Positions 62,410-64,000 of a DNA stretch of 64,000 nucleotides are shown here, in pieces; within the stretch, counting starts at the first letter, position 1; each line of letters begins with the position of its first letter. Under the pieces are notes generated by a model. That model had not been told where the DNA came from and did not search any database. It worked only from the letters and a program-made list of their open reading frames with translations. Source of the DNA: a virus (lineage: Duplodnaviria; Caudoviricetes); the IMG/VR virus record IMGVR_UViG_3300046518_000260, positions 11,276-75,275 of that record, one strand, 5' to 3'. The translations under genes and the position numbers were made by a program.

Positions 62410-63792
62410 TTAGGCGCCAACGACCAGCTGACGACCAGCTGCGCAGCAAGCGACAAATGCGCCGTCTTCTGCACCGAACTGATACTTGGCGCACCACTTG
62501 GTCGAACCGCCAAGATACTGCTCCATCTGCATCGGCTTGCGGGTCACAGCCTTGTAAGCCGTATCCCAATTCGCGGCGGCGACGATGAAGGCACCGGCAG
62601 CGAACGGATTGTCGATCGAGCCGCGTGTATTGTCTTCGGTCGGATCAGGCAAGCAGTTCGAAATGCGGATGCGCTCCGAAGCTGTTTCCGGGGAGTAGGA
62701 CATGACGCCGTCCCCAAAGATGAACCGACCGTTGTTGTCGACGGCCGAAGCCAGATAGCCGAAGGTGTTCTGGTGCATGATCGGAAGAACCGTACCATAC
62801 TCCATCGGGGCCGACGCGAGGAAGCGGCGGAAATCCTGATGGTTGAACGTGCCGGGCGTTTCCAGCTTTTCGAAGCAGTTTGCAGTCAGCCAGCCTTCCG
62901 GCTCCTGCTGACCGTCGCCGACGATCAACGCACGGTTGCGGTTGATCCGGTACGAGCGGGCCGCAGCCTGCATCATGAAGGTCAGGAAGTCGAAGTTGGC
63001 TTCTTCCAGGACCTTCTTGAGGAAGCAGAACATTCCGCGGAAATCGTAGGTCTTGCCTTCCAGGAACTGGATGTTGCCATCCTTGCCGAGCGGTGCGTCG
63101 CAGTTCACGTCGCAGCCATATTCGCCGATGTCGCCGTATTCGACGATCTGCATGTACTGGAACTTCGAGCGGCTGACATTGATCTGACCATAGAGGTCGA
63201 GCAGGCTGGCGCATTCGATGTTGCAGTCGATCGTCAGGCCGAGAATTTCCGGCGAGAAGAATGCAGTGTCAAGCGAAGAGGCTTCGTATGCCTTGCGCTC
63301 ACCTTCGGTCATCATTGACGTCAGGATTTGCGACTTGGTCTGCAAGCCGCCGTACTGAACCATCTTCCGGGCGGCGCTACGGTAGTCCGCGAGGTTGACG
63401 AGATTGTTCATGTCAGGCGTGAACTTTTCGCCAGCATCGGCGCCGTTCTTGGCGATGAACGCACGGCGCTGAAGCTCAACAGCCTGCGCACGGTCGTTCT
63501 CGTTGAGGTCCTTTTCGGACTGATAGACCGGAGCATCGATCTGCTTCTTGACCATTTCGATCGAAGCCTGAAGTTCCTGCAGCGTGCCGACCATCTGGGC
63601 ATAATCAGCAGTGTGCTTCTTGACCTGTTCGTCGAGGTCGCCGGTATCCTTCTTGACGCCGTCGAAGTGCGACTTCAGCTGCGTGTACTGATCGTCGACA
63701 TTCTTCTTCATCTGCGTGGCAAGACCGGTCAGGTCCTTCAGCTCGGTTTCGAGCTTTTCGAAATTCATTTCTTCGGCGGTACGAGTGTTCAT
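62410..63792 (-). CDS. Major capsid protein (HK97 fold with delta domain)
   Basis: Coiled-coil N-terminus, RNRALIVGDGQQEPEGWL, IMHQNTF; strong codon bias; 10 Cys. Confidence 0.9.
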   Translation of the reverse strand: MNTRTAEEMNFEKLETELKDLTGLATQMKKNVDDQYTQLKSHFDGVKKDTGDLDEQVKKHTADYAQMVGTLQELQASIEMVKKQIDAPVYQSEKDLNENDRAQAVELQRRAFIAKNGADAGEKFTPDMNNLVNLADYRSAARKMVQYGGLQTKSQILTSMMTEGERKAYEASSLDTAFFSPEILGLTIDCNIECASLLDLYGQINVSRSKFQYMQIVEYGDIGEYGCDVNCDAPLGKDGNIQFLEGKTYDFRGMFCFLKKVLEEANFDFLTFMMQAAARSYRINRNRALIVGDGQQEPEGWLTANCFEKLETPGTFNHQDFRRFLASAPMEYGTVLPIMHQNTFGYLASAVDNNGRFIFGDGVMSYSPETASERIRISNCLPDPTEDNTRGSIDNPFAAGAFIVAAANWDTAYKAVTRKPMQMEQYLGGSTKWCAKYQFGAEDGAFVACCAAGRQLVVGA

Positions 63793-63806
63793 CTTACCCT
63801 CGGTTG

Positions 63807-63998
63807 TTAGGCAATGGTGAAAAGAGCTTTGAGCGTAGTCAGTGAGCTCTCGATCGATTTGGTTTGCGTCTCGTCCGCCTTCAAGGCTTTGCCGGTCTGC
63901 GTTTCCACCGGAGGCGTTACGACTACTACGTCATTGGTGCCTTCGATGCTCATTTCCATGCCCTCAAGGGACAGGTCTTTCATGAACAACTTGATCGC
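63807..63998 (-). CDS. Probable prohead protease/scaffold, 3' end only
   Basis: Frame open to the window edge, directly upstream of the MCP; assignment by synteny only. Confidence 0.5.
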   Translation of the reverse strand, partial: AIKLFMKDLSLEGMEMSIEGTNDVVVVTPPVETQTGKALKADETQTKSIESSLTTLKALFTIA

Positions 63999-64000
63999 AT

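Noticed and set aside
1-64000. tRNA, rRNA, integrase, repressor cassette, transposase, reverse transcriptase, intein
   Set aside because: No T-loop/acceptor pattern, recombinase, RT (YxDD) or intein motifs were recognised by eye; DnaE and the helicases are of uninterrupted size. tRNAscan and HMM searches were not run.

Overview
The window is most of the genome of a lytic, contractile-tailed dsDNA phage. It has an HK97-fold capsid, a Mu-like sheath and baseplate, and unusually cysteine-rich virion proteins. The host is most likely an alphaproteobacterium (inference from many CtrA boxes, a GcrA-like HTH gene and apparent GANTC avoidance). From memory, the organisation resembles Agrobacterium phages Milano and 7-7-1; I could not verify this by alignment. 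Layout: (i) 1-4.6 kb, minus strand: fibre-like gene (partial), HU-like gene, terminase small subunit, nuclease, and a ~700-nt ORF-poor, heavily base-paired plus-strand segment that looks like a large ncRNA. (ii) 4.6-28.4 kb: early/accessory region of small genes with repeated cis-elements (duplicated divergent promoter cassettes, phased CtrA-box arrays, 28-bp and 26-bp period arrays, a duplicated ~600-bp multi-part element). (iii) 28.6-42.3 kb, plus strand: replication block with an HD / tandem ThyX-like / NDT / HAD / NTP-PPase-like nucleotide module, DEDDh exonuclease, DnaE, primase-helicase and SNF2 helicase. (iv) 42.3-64 kb, minus strand: lysis, tail, neck and head genes. Large terminase, portal, integrase, tRNAs and CRISPR were not seen. 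Best leads: the candidate large structured RNA, the non-canonical nucleotide-modification module, and the host cell-cycle (CtrA/GcrA/CcrM) wiring with its phased repeat arrays. All family assignments are from motif recognition by eye, not from database searches.
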